Assembly: GCA_965198845.1 (NCBI GenBank)
Contig: CBDAQD010000001.1
Coordinates: 119,778 to 183,777, forward strand
DNA length: 64,000 nt
DNA from: Hyphomicrobiales bacterium
Lineage (GTDB): Bacteria; Pseudomonadota; Alphaproteobacteria; Rhizobiales; JAJFHC01
Reading direction: 5' to 3'
Below, in pieces: positions 22,908 through 32,991 of this stretch. The notes below the pieces were generated by a model. That model made no database searches, was not told the DNA's origin, and worked only from the letters and a program-made list of their open reading frames with translations. The first letter of the stretch is position 1. Every line of letters begins with the position of its first letter. The position numbers and the translations under genes were made by a program.

Positions 22908-23465
22908 TCAGATAGGCCGGACTTCATTCACTTCAGGAATGAAGTGACGCAGCAGGTTCTCGATGCCGTGCTTCAGCGTGGCGGTGGAGCTGGGGCATCC
23001 GGCGCAGGCGCCCTGCATGTGGAGATACACGATCCCCTCGCGGAAGCCGTGGAAGGTGATGTCCCCGCCATCCTGGGCAACGGCCGGGCGGACGCGCGTA
23101 TCCAGCAATTCCTTGATCGTGCCGACGATCGCTTCATCGGCCTCGTCATAATTGCCTTCGTCTTCCGCTTCCTCGACGGCATCGGCCGCGAGAATCGGGG
23201 CATCCGACATGAAATGCTCCATGATCACGCCAAGAATGGCCGGCTTGAGATGCTGCCATTCGTTCTCGTCCTTGGTGACGGTGATGAAGTCGGAGCCGAG
23301 AAATACGCCGGTGACGCCGCTGATCTCAAACAGACGCGCCGCGAGCGGAGATTGAGCCGCCGCTTCCGGGTCGCGGAAATCGCGGGTCGCATTGCCCAGT
23401 ACCGCCCTGCCGGGCAGAAACTTCAGGGTCGCGGGGTTCGGCGTGGCTTCCGTCTGGATGAACAT
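22908..23465 (-). CDS. NifU-family Fe-S cluster assembly protein (Nfu N-terminal domain plus NifU C-terminal CxxC)
   Basis: 185 aa from the Met at 23465 (MFIQTEATPNPATLKF...), with C-terminal CAGCPSS. The ORF-track start, TTG at 23558, is an extension. Confidence 0.88.
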   Translation of the reverse strand: MFIQTEATPNPATLKFLPGRAVLGNATRDFRDPEAAAQSPLAARLFEISGVTGVFLGSDFITVTKDENEWQHLKPAILGVIMEHFMSDAPILAADAVEEAEDEGNYDEADEAIVGTIKELLDTRVRPAVAQDGGDITFHGFREGIVYLHMQGACAGCPSSTATLKHGIENLLRHFIPEVNEVRPI

Positions 23466-23635
23466 TGATCGCCCTCCGGCGTCTGGGCCCGGTACCGTCA
23501 AAAACCTACCAGGCTGTCGGTTTAGATGAATTCTAAAGTACAGAGATGGCAAGATCAAATGGCGCCGTCAAGGCGGTGCCGGGAAAAACCTGCGAAAAAA
23601 CGGAATCATTTCCGCATGGCGGATATCCGGGAAGA

Positions 23636-24145
23636 TCAGGCCAGCGTATCGATCAATTCGTCCGTGAGGTCGCCGGGAACGATCGTGATCGGGATGGGGA
23701 ACGTTCCGGCCGCGCCACTCGCCAGCATGGATACAAGCGGTCCCGGACCTTCCTTTTCCGTGGATGCGCCCAGAACCAGGATGGCAATATCCTCATCTTC
23801 CTCGATGAGACCAACCAGTTCCTCCACCATGTTGCCTTCACGGATCACGGATTCCGCCTTGATACCGGAGCAGCTTTCGGCTTCCGCCATCATCCGGTCA
23901 AGCAACCGGCGTGCCTCTTCCTCGGCCTCTTCCCGCATGATGTTGCCGACGCCGATCCAGTGCTGGAAATCGCCGGGCGCAATAACGCGCAGCAGCGTGA
24001 CACCACCGCCGGTGTGTTCGGCACGTTTTGCAGCGAAGTGCAGTGCCCGTTCGCTTTCGGCCGTGCCGTCGACAATGACGAGGAACTTCCGGCTGTGGCC
24101 TTCCTCGAAGCTTGCGCGTTTGCGGTTCTTGATCATGGGCGCCAT
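23636..24145 (-). CDS. uspA: Universal stress protein (UspA family)
   Basis: UspA fold motifs (KFLVIVDGTAESERAL, ILVLGASTEKEGPG). The start was chosen at MAPMIKN and is uncertain. The ORF extends to 24172. Confidence 0.8.
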   Translation of the reverse strand: MAPMIKNRKRASFEEGHSRKFLVIVDGTAESERALHFAAKRAEHTGGGVTLLRVIAPGDFQHWIGVGNIMREEAEEEARRLLDRMMAEAESCSGIKAESVIREGNMVEELVGLIEEDEDIAILVLGASTEKEGPGPLVSMLASGAAGTFPIPITIVPGDLTDELIDTLA

Positions 24146-24178
24146 GCTGCCAGCCTGCCGCTGACGCGGCAAGGCAAT

Positions 24179-25243
24179 TTAAAGAGGTCCAAGATTGCCG
24201 CCACGGGCGGATCCGATGAAGCCGACGACCTTGCGGACATCGTTCATGATGGGCGCGGCAATCGCCCGCGCCTGTGCCGCGCCGGCGCTCAGCAGGCTGT
24301 CGATGTGATCCGGATTGTCCATGAGCTTGGACATTTCCGTCGCGATCGGACTCAGCTTCTCGACCGAGAGATCCGCCAGATCCTGCTTGAACGTGGAGAA
24401 CTGACCGCCGCCATATTGCGACAGCGCGCCCTCGACTGTGGTCTCGTTGAGAGCCGCGTAAATGCCGACAAGATTTGCTGCTTCCGGCCTCTCCTCCAGT
24501 CCATCCGGCTCGCTCGGCAACGGTTCTGGATCGGTCTTCGCCTTGCGGATCTTCTTGGCGATCGTATCGGCATCGTCGGTCAGATTGATGCGGGACAGGT
24601 CGGACGGATCCGACTTGCTCATCTTCTTGGTACCGTCACGCAATGACATGACGCGCGTGGCCGGGCCTGTGATCAGCGGCTCGGTCAGCGGGAAAAATTC
24701 CGGATCGAAACCGTTGGCTGCAATCGAGTCTGCGAAATCGACATTGAATTTCTGGGCAATGTCGCGCGTCAGTTCGAGATGCTGCTTCTGGTCGTCACCG
24801 ACCGGGACGTGGGTTGCCTTGTAGGCCAGAATGTCGGCGGCCATCAGCGCCGGGTATGCGAACAATCCGACCGAGGCGTTCTCCCGATGCTTGCCGGCCT
24901 TCTCCTTGAACTGGGTCATGCGGTTGAGCCAGCCCATGCGCGCGACGCAGTTGAAGACCCATGCGAGTTCCGCATGCTCTGCGACCTGGCTCTGGTTGAA
25001 GACGATGTGTTTCTCGGGGTCGATACCGCTGGCAACAAACGCCGCCGTCACTTCGCGCGTGTTATGAGCGAGTTCCGCCGGATCCTGCCAGACCGTGATC
25101 GCGTGCTGATCCACGACGCAGTAAATGCAGTCGTGGGTATCCTGCAGAGCAACGAAACGCGTGATCGCTCCGAGATAGTTCCCCAGATGAAGGTTTCCGG
25201 TCGGCTGAACGCCGGAAAAGACACGCGATGCATGAGCGGTCAT
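24179..25243 (-). CDS. trpS: Tryptophan--tRNA ligase
   Basis: 354 aa class I aaRS with HIGH-like ([12 protein letters not shown]) and KMSKS motifs. Confidence 0.96.
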   Translation of the reverse strand: MTAHASRVFSGVQPTGNLHLGNYLGAITRFVALQDTHDCIYCVVDQHAITVWQDPAELAHNTREVTAAFVASGIDPEKHIVFNQSQVAEHAELAWVFNCVARMGWLNRMTQFKEKAGKHRENASVGLFAYPALMAADILAYKATHVPVGDDQKQHLELTRDIAQKFNVDFADSIAANGFDPEFFPLTEPLITGPATRVMSLRDGTKKMSKSDPSDLSRINLTDDADTIAKKIRKAKTDPEPLPSEPDGLEERPEAANLVGIYAALNETTVEGALSQYGGGQFSTFKQDLADLSVEKLSPIATEMSKLMDNPDHIDSLLSAGAAQARAIAAPIMNDVRKVVGFIGSARGGNLGPL

Positions 25244-25324
25244 AGTTCTCTGACTCCTGTTAGCGCGGGCGGTATATGGCCCAATCGCCGGGGCAGACGC
25301 AAGCCCTTCGCATCGGTGTAATCG

Positions 25325-26884
25325 TCAGCGTTTGCGGAAATAGCCGATCAGTTCGGAAGCGCGCGCCGCGCCGGTCAGCTCGGTGGCAACAAAAAACACT
25401 GCGGCTCCGCCAGCGACCATTCCGGCCAGTACGAGAATCCGCATTTCCAGGGCAACGTCGACGCTGAACCAGGGCGCAAGCCAGATCTGTGCGATCCAGA
25501 GCACACCGCCCATCACCGCACTTGCCAGGATGATCAGCGGCACGCGGCGCCGGTTCTGTTCGTCGAAGAAGAACTGGCCACGTTTTTCAAGCGCCCAGGC
25601 CAGCAAACCGACATTGATCCATGCGGCAACAGAGGTGGCCAGCGCGATGCCGATATGCCCGAAGAACGGGAAAAGAGCGAGGCTTCCGGCGATGTTGGCC
25701 GCGACGCCGACGCCTGCAAACAGCATCGGTGTGCGGGTGTCCTCGCGGGCGAAAAAGCCGGGCGAGAACACCTTGATGAGGACAAAGGCCGGCAGGCCCA
25801 CGGCAAAGGCGGCAAGCGCCATGCCGGTCTGCATGGTGTCCGCCGCCGTGAACACGCCGCGCTCGAACAGGACATGGATGATCGGCAGGGGCATCGCCAC
25901 GAGAGCCGCCGCTGCCGGCACGGTCAGCAGCATGGCAAACTCCAGCGCCCGGTTCTGGCTTTCGTCCGCCCCTTGCATGTCTTCGGCCCGCAGTTTGCGG
26001 GACAGATCGGGCAGCAGGACGATCCCGATGGCGATACCGACAACGCCCAGCGGCAACTGATAGACCCGGTCCGCGAAATAGAGATAAGAGACGGCGCTGT
26101 CCTGGAACGAGGCGATGATGGTGCCGATCAGCAGATTGACCTGGGTGATCCCGCCGGCGATCACACCAGGAATTCCCAGCGTGACAAGGCGACGGACGCC
26201 ATCGGTCATTCGCGGGCGGCGCAGTTTCAGAAAATAGCCTTCGCGGCGCGCTGCCCAGATCAGCATCAGAAGCTGCAACAGGCCGGCGACCGACACGCCC
26301 CAGGCCAGCATGGTGCCGGTCAGCACCTTGTCATCCCAGAACGCGAACGCCGCGATGGCCAGAAGGCCGATCAGGACGATGTTGAGGATGATGGGTGCGG
26401 CGGCAGCGGCGGCGAATTTGTTAACGCTATTGAGGATGCCGCTGTAGAGCGCCACCAGGGACATGAACATGAGATAAGGGAAAGCGATGGCCGTCAGCAC
26501 ACGGGCAAGATCAAGCTTGTCGGGCGTATCGCTGAAGCCGGGCGCGATGACATAGATCAGCCAGGGCATGCTGATTTCGGCGATGACCGTGATCGTGATC
26601 AGCGCCACCAGAAGCGCCGACAGCGCCTCCTCGCCGAACCGGCGTGCAGAGTCCTGCCCCTCCCCGACCACCCGCTTGGAGAACAGGGGCACGAACGCGG
26701 CATTGAACGCCCCCTCCCCGAACAGGCGGCGGAACAGGTTTGGAAACCGGAAGGCCACAACAAAGGCGTCGGCCACCGGTCCGGTTCCGAGGATGGCGGC
26801 AAACAGCATGTCTCGGATGAAACCCAGCACCCGACTGATCAGTGTCATGCCGCCAACAGTTGCGGCCGATCTCAGCAGCGTCAT
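25325..26884 (-). CDS. murJ: Lipid II flippase MurJ (MviN)
   Basis: 519 aa polytopic membrane protein with the MurJ family N-terminus (FPNLFRRLFGEGAFNAAFVPLF). Confidence 0.95.
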   Translation of the reverse strand: MTLLRSAATVGGMTLISRVLGFIRDMLFAAILGTGPVADAFVVAFRFPNLFRRLFGEGAFNAAFVPLFSKRVVGEGQDSARRFGEEALSALLVALITITVIAEISMPWLIYVIAPGFSDTPDKLDLARVLTAIAFPYLMFMSLVALYSGILNSVNKFAAAAAAPIILNIVLIGLLAIAAFAFWDDKVLTGTMLAWGVSVAGLLQLLMLIWAARREGYFLKLRRPRMTDGVRRLVTLGIPGVIAGGITQVNLLIGTIIASFQDSAVSYLYFADRVYQLPLGVVGIAIGIVLLPDLSRKLRAEDMQGADESQNRALEFAMLLTVPAAAALVAMPLPIIHVLFERGVFTAADTMQTGMALAAFAVGLPAFVLIKVFSPGFFAREDTRTPMLFAGVGVAANIAGSLALFPFFGHIGIALATSVAAWINVGLLAWALEKRGQFFFDEQNRRRVPLIILASAVMGGVLWIAQIWLAPWFSVDVALEMRILVLAGMVAGGAAVFFVATELTGAARASELIGYFRKR

Positions 26885-26942
26885 GATTCGTCAGTATGGG
26901 AAGGCTTTTCCGCAATACAAGCGGGAGCTTGCATCACAGTAC

Positions 26943-29759
26943 TCACTCTGCCGCCGCGACCTCGTCCGAAGACTTGTCCTCGGCCTTGTCCGCAGCCTTG
27001 GTCTTAGGCGAGAGAATTGCCATGAGGTGACGACGGATTGCCGCCTGCCGGTTGCCGTTGGTGATCTTCTGACCGGTCAGGTCCTTGACATAGAAGACGT
27101 CGACGGCGCGCTCGCCGAATGTGGCGATATGGGCCGATGCGATGTTGATATTCAGACGGTAGAACGCGCTGGTCAGATCGTAGAGCAGGCCCGGCCGGTC
27201 GAGACCGGCGACCTCGATGACCGTGAAGATGTTCGAGCTCTCGTTGTCGAGCAGGACCTGCGGCTCAACGGTGAACGCCTTGATGCGGCCCTTCGGACGC
27301 GCCTGCTTGGCGATCATCTCCGGCAGGCGCACCTCCCCGCGCAGCGCCTTTTCCATGGTTTCGGCAATGCGCCGGGCGCGGCGCATTTCGTCTTCCGAAT
27401 TCTCGAATTCGCGCTGGATCATGATGGAATCAAGCGCCATGCCGTTGGCGGTCGTGAAGATCTGGGCATCGGCGATATTGGCCCCGGAAGCCGCACAGGC
27501 GCCGGTGAGCACCGCCAGAAGACGCGGGTGGTCGGCTGTGAAGACGGTTAGTTCGGTAATGGCCGTGAACTCATCGGTCTTGACCTCGGTCACGACGGCA
27601 TCGCCGGACTCGCGGGCACGCGTGATGAGCCTGGCATGGTCGACCTGGCGGTCGACCCCGACATTGAGCCAGTAAGGCTCGTAATGCATGTCGAGATAGT
27701 CCTGCATGCGCTTCTTCGGCCAGTCGGCGAAGCGTTCCCTGAACAGGTCCTGCGCCTCGGCGACACGTTCGTCACGGGCGATCGCCGTATGGCCGCCCGC
27801 CAGCACCGGCTCGGCCTCGTAATAGAGCGTGCGCAGAAGCTGGCCCTTCCAGCCGTTCCACACGCCCGGCCCGACGGCCTTGATATCGGCAACGGTCAGG
27901 ATGATCAGGAGCTTGAGTCGCTCCGGGCTCTGCACGATCTCGCAGAAGTCGAGGATGGTCTTGAAGTCGTTGAGGTCGCGCATCTGGGCGAACGTGCTCA
28001 TGACCAGATGGTTCTCGACCAGCCACGCTGCTGTTTCCGTCTCCGCGGCGTCGAGCCCGAAGCGGGGTCCGAGCTTGCGCGCCACCCGGGCGCCGGCGAT
28101 CGAGTGGTCCTCCTTACGGCCCTTGGCGATGTCATGCAGGAACTGGGCGACGTAAAGCGCGCGGCGGCTCTTCTTGACCGTGTGGATGATCTTGTCGGAG
28201 AGCGGGTGTTCGCCGGCCAGCTCGCCGCGGTCGATCTGTGCGAGCACGCCCACCGACTGCAGCAGGTGCTCGTCCACCGTGTAGTGGTGGTACATGTTGA
28301 ACTGCATCATGGCGACGATGCGGCCGAATTCCGGGACGAATTTTCCGAGCACGCCGGCCTCGTTCATCTTGCGCAGAATGGTCTCGGGATCGTTGCGAGA
28401 GGTCAGCGTCTCCATGAACAGGCGGTTGGCTTCCGGATCGTTGCGGACGTCCTTGTCGATCAGCCTGAGTGAACGCGTGACCAGCTGCAACACGTTGGGG
28501 TGGATCGCCACATTGTGTCTGTCGGCCAGGTAGAACATGCGGATCAGGTTGACCGGATCCTTCCTGAAAGCCTCGTCGTCACGCACGGTGATGCGGCCGG
28601 CGTCGAGGTCGAACACTTTCGACTCTGTGATGCCTGACACCTTGCGCTTGCGGAGTTGGGCGAACATCCGGCTCATCATCGGCGCCTTCTTGACCTTCTC
28701 CGCCTCCAGCACCGAACACAGGATACGAGTCAGATCGCCGACGTTCTTGGCGATGAGAAAGTAGTGCTTCATGAAGCGTTCGACGTGACTGAGACCGCCG
28801 TGGGCGGTGTAGCCGAGCCGTTCGGCAAGTTCGGGCTGATGCTCGAAGCCGAGACGGTCCTCTCCCCTGCCCGTCATGAAATGCAGATGGCAGCGCACCG
28901 CCCAGAGGAAGTCCTCGCACTTGCTGAATTTGCGGTATTCCGATGCCGTGAAGACGCCGGCGCGCACAAGCGCCGCGCTGGTCGGCACCCGGTAATAATA
29001 CTTGCCGATCCAGAACAGCGTGTGCAGGTCGCGCATGCCGCCCTTGCCGTCCTTGACGTTGGGCTCGACCTTGTAGCGCGACTCGCCGCTGCGCTGATGG
29101 CGCACGTCGCGCTCGATCAGCTTGGTCTCGATGAATTCCGCGCCGGTTCCGGCGACAACTTCGCTGTCGAAGCGTTCCGCCAGCGACCCGAACAGAGCCT
29201 TGTCGCCCCAGAGGTATCGCGCCTCGAGGATGGCGGTGCGGATGGTAAGATCGGATTTAGACAGCCGCATGCACTCATCGACGCTGCGGGTGGCGTGACC
29301 CACCTTGAAGCCGAGATCCCAGAGCAGATAGAGCATGTACTCGACCACGCTCTCGCCCCAGGGTGTCTGCTTGTAGGGCAGCAGGAACAGGAGGTCGATG
29401 TCGGAGCCGGGCGCCAGGGTGCCGCGGCCGTAGCCGCCCACCGCGACGACGCAGATGCGCTCCGCGGCGGACGGGTTCTTCGCCATGTAGATGTGCGTGA
29501 CGGTGAAGTCGTAAATGACCCGAATCAGCTCGTCCTGGATGTGGGACAGGTTGGCCGCGCAGCGCGTCCCCCTGCCGTCGGCCATGAGGCGCGCCTCGGC
29601 CACCTTGCGGCCCTCAGCTACGGTTTCCTTGAGGTGCTCGAGGACGTGCTTGCGCAGTGCCGTGTCGCTGCCGCCGTGCTGCTTGAACAGGGCCGTCAGT
29701 TCGCCGCGCAGGCGGTCGGCGTCGATCAGGTCCGTCGGATCTTTGATGGCCTCGGCCAT
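26943..29759 (-). CDS. glnD: Bifunctional uridylyltransferase/uridylyl-removing enzyme GlnD
   Basis: 938 aa with a nucleotidyltransferase N-terminus, an HD domain and two C-terminal ACT domains. Confidence 0.96.
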   Translation of the reverse strand: MAEAIKDPTDLIDADRLRGELTALFKQHGGSDTALRKHVLEHLKETVAEGRKVAEARLMADGRGTRCAANLSHIQDELIRVIYDFTVTHIYMAKNPSAAERICVVAVGGYGRGTLAPGSDIDLLFLLPYKQTPWGESVVEYMLYLLWDLGFKVGHATRSVDECMRLSKSDLTIRTAILEARYLWGDKALFGSLAERFDSEVVAGTGAEFIETKLIERDVRHQRSGESRYKVEPNVKDGKGGMRDLHTLFWIGKYYYRVPTSAALVRAGVFTASEYRKFSKCEDFLWAVRCHLHFMTGRGEDRLGFEHQPELAERLGYTAHGGLSHVERFMKHYFLIAKNVGDLTRILCSVLEAEKVKKAPMMSRMFAQLRKRKVSGITESKVFDLDAGRITVRDDEAFRKDPVNLIRMFYLADRHNVAIHPNVLQLVTRSLRLIDKDVRNDPEANRLFMETLTSRNDPETILRKMNEAGVLGKFVPEFGRIVAMMQFNMYHHYTVDEHLLQSVGVLAQIDRGELAGEHPLSDKIIHTVKKSRRALYVAQFLHDIAKGRKEDHSIAGARVARKLGPRFGLDAAETETAAWLVENHLVMSTFAQMRDLNDFKTILDFCEIVQSPERLKLLIILTVADIKAVGPGVWNGWKGQLLRTLYYEAEPVLAGGHTAIARDERVAEAQDLFRERFADWPKKRMQDYLDMHYEPYWLNVGVDRQVDHARLITRARESGDAVVTEVKTDEFTAITELTVFTADHPRLLAVLTGACAASGANIADAQIFTTANGMALDSIMIQREFENSEDEMRRARRIAETMEKALRGEVRLPEMIAKQARPKGRIKAFTVEPQVLLDNESSNIFTVIEVAGLDRPGLLYDLTSAFYRLNINIASAHIATFGERAVDVFYVKDLTGQKITNGNRQAAIRRHLMAILSPKTKAADKAEDKSSDEVAAAE

Positions 29760-29940
29760 GGCGGTCTTCGGCTGTCCTCGTGGTGGCGATTGCGCGGCGC
29801 AAGCGGCGCTGCGCGCTACGGCTCCGGTCTAAAGCATAGCAGCTTCGAGCGAAAGACCGACTATCGAACCGATGCGACCTGCCTATTGAATTGGCAGGCC
29901 GGTGACAGTGGCAAATGTGTTGAAGCGGAATTGCTCCAGC

Positions 29941-30228
29941 CTAACTAATCAGCAGGACGAAAAAAATTGGATAAACAGAAAATGCGCCGAGCGCCTTCCA
30001 ATATTTAGACCGAAATAGGTAGATAACTCCGATAAGAGCGGGAACAAATATCAAAGGATGGAAATACCTACCTGCTCCATACGCTAATGCAAGTGCCCCG
30101 GCCTCAGAGCCCAAAACAAAACCGAATCCGAGCAACGCCAAGAGTGGCAGCGCAACAGAGGTTAGAAATCCCGAGATAACTTCTTTGAGAATTTCAGATC
30201 TTTTGTTTTGACTCATTCTGACACTCAA
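29941..30228 (-). CDS. Hypothetical small membrane protein (3 predicted TM helices) in an AT-rich insertion
   Basis: 95-aa ORF in a stretch of markedly lower GC than the flanks. It has three hydrophobic segments and no recognisable family. Confidence 0.45.
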   Translation of the reverse strand: MSVRMSQNKRSEILKEVISGFLTSVALPLLALLGFGFVLGSEAGALALAYGAGRYFHPLIFVPALIGVIYLFRSKYWKALGAFSVYPIFFVLLIS

Positions 30229-30442
30229 ATTTCTTGAAAACTCATGTTAGCGTGACCCGAAGTTGTTAAGGAATCATGTCCAGTTCACTGGCCAAGATGA
30301 GCGCGATTGTCTGCTGTACAGGCCGGCCAAGAAACGCTATCCAGTCCCCATGCCCGCGCTTCGGCACAGCTTCAACCGAATATCGTGACGTCCGATCAAG
30401 GGCGTCAGCACTGGTTGTGCGGGCGGGTTTTATAATCCTGTA

Positions 30443-30493
30443 AAGCGCCAGATCAGCGTGCACGGCCGGGTTCGATTCCCGGGGCGCCTACCA
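30443..30493 (+). other. tRNA-like 3' element: T-arm, acceptor 3' strand and encoded CCA, with a possible short 5' pairing strand but no anticodon arm
   Basis: CCGGGTTCGATTCCCGG is a canonical T-stem-loop (30466-30482), followed by GGCGCCT-A-CCA. Upstream AAGCGCC (30443-49) can pair 6/7 with the 3' strand. No D or anticodon arms are recognisable. Confidence 0.5.
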
Positions 30494-30764
30494 TTACCTC
30501 CTTCACTCGCTTATTTGCAGTTTACGTTAACTGGAGATTTCATAGTCAATTTCGTTGCATTTGAGCAACATTACTGGTGCATATGTGCACAAACGGCGAA
30601 TTTCTGCCATGACAACTGTTGCCAAGGCGCACGATCTGCAGTATCTCCCCGCTCCCCGTCACGTCTGTCTGAATGACTGTGGGCCGAGTTCCGGATACTC
30701 GCCCGGTGCGGACCGCCCTGCGGATGCCGTATGCCGACATCGGATCAGACGATCGGGAGACCCT

Positions 30765-30816
30765 GCATATGCAGCTCGGTCGGCGAGCGTTTCGGGTTCG
30801 ACTCCCGGCATATGCT
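30765..30816 (+). other. tRNA-shaped minihelix lacking the anticodon arm (acceptor stem, D-arm, T-arm)
   Basis: GCATATG-CA-GCTC-GGTCGGC-GAGC-GTT-TCGGGTTCGACTCCCGG-CATATGC-T has a 7-bp acceptor stem, a D stem-loop with GG and a canonical TpsiC arm. Only 3 nt sit where the anticodon arm and variable loop should be. Caveat: the acceptor pairing comes from the palindrome GCATATGC. Confidence 0.4.
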
Positions 30817-30817
30817 C

Positions 30818-30888
30818 AGCGATGTAGCTCAGTGGGAGAGCACCAGACTTTAATCTGGCGGACGAGGGTTCAACTCCCTCCATCCTCA
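30818..30888 (+). tRNA. tRNA gene (Lys-UUU-like anticodon region, but aberrant)
   Basis: TA-GCTCAGTGGGAGAGC D-arm, CCAGA-CTTTAA-TCTGG anticodon arm and GAGGGTTCAACTCCCTC T-arm. An antisense pseudo-ORF MEGVEPSSARL is typical of tRNA genes. In my reading the anticodon loop is one nt short, and the 5' acceptor strand (AGCGATG) mispairs with the 3' strand (CATCCTC) at its first 3 nt. It may be a pseudo-tRNA or a junction-damaged gene. Confidence 0.6.
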
Positions 30889-31429
30889 AGAGGCCTTGAA
30901 AGCCTTTGGGTTAAAACCCGACACGTTTAGGTCGTGTTCAAAATTAGGGGTTTCGGGGCCGGCCTGCGAGGCCGGCCGAACGCCGCTCATGGCCTTTGGG
31001 TCGTGGCACGGCACGACGCCGGCACCGCCCTTCGCCGGCGGCCCGCGCACCGGAAGACGGTGAAGGCGGGTCCGGACCAGGCGGCATGCGGATCTTCCGC
31101 AGGGCCACCCCGTCCGGGCTCCCCGACACCCGCTCGCCGGAGCCCGCCGCCAGCCGAGGTCAGCCGGCCCCGGGGCTCATTTGTCTGACGGGCAGAGCCT
31201 TGACCCGTCACGCTTCCGAAGGCGCAGGCCTTGGGAAACACCATGCCGGTGAACCGGCGCACGGAATTCGAACCGGACGGCAATGCGTCCCCCGTCACCA
31301 CCCCGGGGGAGCCACGCGGACCCGTCTGGACATTGAAGAGGGTGGATCAGCCTGACTATCAGGCGCCAACACGAGAAAGGACGTTAGAGCGCATGACATA
31401 GCGACGCTGACGACGAAAGGAGAAGACCC

Positions 31430-32572
31430 ATGTTGAAGATTTTTGAGAGGATGCTCGGTTTCGAACGCGTCCTTATCCGAGAGAACGAGCGCGCGGTCGC
31501 GCTCCACAAGGGACGTTTCATGGGAATCCTAGGTCCGGGTGAACACCGGCTGCCGAACCGCGGCAGGCGGCTCGAGATCGAAAAGCACGATCTGACACGC
31601 CCGGAATTCGTCTCGGCGTTTGATACGGCGCTGTACCGCGAGATGCCGGATGAGGCGGCACAGCACCTCACCGAGGTGCGGACCGGCCGGCACGAGGTCG
31701 CGCTCGTGTTCCGCGACGGGCGTCTGCACGGCATCCTGAAGCCGGACGGACGTTCGGTGTTCTGGACCGATGCCGGACCGTGGACCGTCGAAACCGTCGA
31801 TGTAGCCGACGAGCTCGAGGTACCGGTCGATATCGCCAAGCGGCTGATCCGTGCGGCGAAGCTCGACCGTGTCGTCCAGTTCGATGTGGGTGAGGGCCAG
31901 ACCGGTTTGCTCCACGTCGACGGCGAGTTCGTCCGGACGCTCGGGGCCGGTGCCCACATGTTCTGGAACGTCGGCCGTAAGGTTCAGGTCAAGCTGATCG
32001 ACACCCGTCGTCAGGCCCTTGACGTGGCCGGGCAGGAGATCCTGACCAAGGATCGTGTCACGATCCGGATCAACGTTGCCGCGGAGTTCCGCGTCACCGA
32101 TCCGGTGAAGGCCGCAACCGAGGTCAAGGACTTCACCGAGACGCTCTACAGGGCGCTGCAGTTCGCGTTCCGCAAGACGCTCGGCACCAAGACGCTCGAC
32201 CAGATCCTTGAGAACAAGGTGACGGTCGACGCCGAGGCTGCCGAGAAGGTCCGCGCGGAGATGGCCGACATCGGTGTCGAGGTCGGTGAGATCGCCCTGA
32301 AGGACGTGATCCTGCCGGGCGACATGCGCGAGATCCTGAACCAGGTCGTGGCCGCGGAGAAGGAGGCGGAAGCCAACGTCATCCGCCGGCGCGAGGAGAC
32401 GAACGCCACGCGTTCGCTGCTTAACACGGCCAAGGTCATGGCCGAGAACCCGGTCATGCTCCGGCTCAAGGAGCTCGAGGCTCTCGAGCAGATCGCCGAG
32501 AAGGTTGAGCGCCTGACGGTGCACAACGGTACCGGCGGGCTCATGAACGACCTCGTCAAGCTGCGCGACTGA
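31430..32572 (+). CDS. SPFH/band-7 domain protein (stomatin/HflK-like, no obvious TM anchor)
   Basis: 380 aa whose C-terminal half matches the SPFH fold plus a coiled coil (ILTKDRVTIRINVAAEFRVTDPVKAA...DIGVEVGEIALKDVILPGD). AAAGGAG SD lies 7 nt upstream. A GC-rich hairpin follows the stop at 32601-32630. Confidence 0.8.
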   Translation: MLKIFERMLGFERVLIRENERAVALHKGRFMGILGPGEHRLPNRGRRLEIEKHDLTRPEFVSAFDTALYREMPDEAAQHLTEVRTGRHEVALVFRDGRLHGILKPDGRSVFWTDAGPWTVETVDVADELEVPVDIAKRLIRAAKLDRVVQFDVGEGQTGLLHVDGEFVRTLGAGAHMFWNVGRKVQVKLIDTRRQALDVAGQEILTKDRVTIRINVAAEFRVTDPVKAATEVKDFTETLYRALQFAFRKTLGTKTLDQILENKVTVDAEAAEKVRAEMADIGVEVGEIALKDVILPGDMREILNQVVAAEKEAEANVIRRREETNATRSLLNTAKVMAENPVMLRLKELEALEQIAEKVERLTVHNGTGGLMNDLVKLRD

Positions 32573-32991
32573 CGCGGCCCGGGAGGTCACCGGAAAAGAT
32601 GCCGCCCCCTGGCGATGTGCGGGGGGCGGCGTTATCAACAATATGAGTTGATTCACTGTGCACCGCTATCGGCGCGAATGAATAATCAAAATTATTATAT
32701 TCGCCGGCAGGCAATCAGTTCTTATCTCGCGAGCGCACGCTTCGGTCTGCAGTAGATTTTAACGCGGAGTTTTTGACAGTAAATGGGCCTCTAAGAGGTT
32801 CAGGCCTATTTCGAACCTCAGATATTGCCGCGCTTACTTGTCGATAAACTGATTTTCGGATTTCACTCCGATCCATATGCGTTCCTACCTTCTCCCTCGG
32901 CATCAAGAGTTCCTCCCCGGATGAACGCGCGTTAACGAATCCTAATGATTGTTAACGAATCGATGATATCAGTCGCGAATCACCGGTTCCA

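Noticed and set aside
25655-27007. 450-aa plus-strand ORF
   Set aside because: Antisense to murJ. His/Arg/Gly-rich junk translation.
30440-30760. Two-piece (permuted) alphaproteobacterial tmRNA, because of the encoded T-arm plus ACCA end
   Set aside because: The acceptor 3' strand GGCGCCT cannot form the G3-U70 alanine identity pair. No tag-peptide reading frame (ANDN...AA) and no GGGG 5' strand follow.
30659-30889. 76-aa minus-strand ORF MRMEGVEPSSARLKSG...
   Set aside because: Classic antisense pseudo-ORF over tRNA-like sequence.
31529-32656. 375-aa minus-strand ORF
   Set aside because: Antisense to the SPFH gene.
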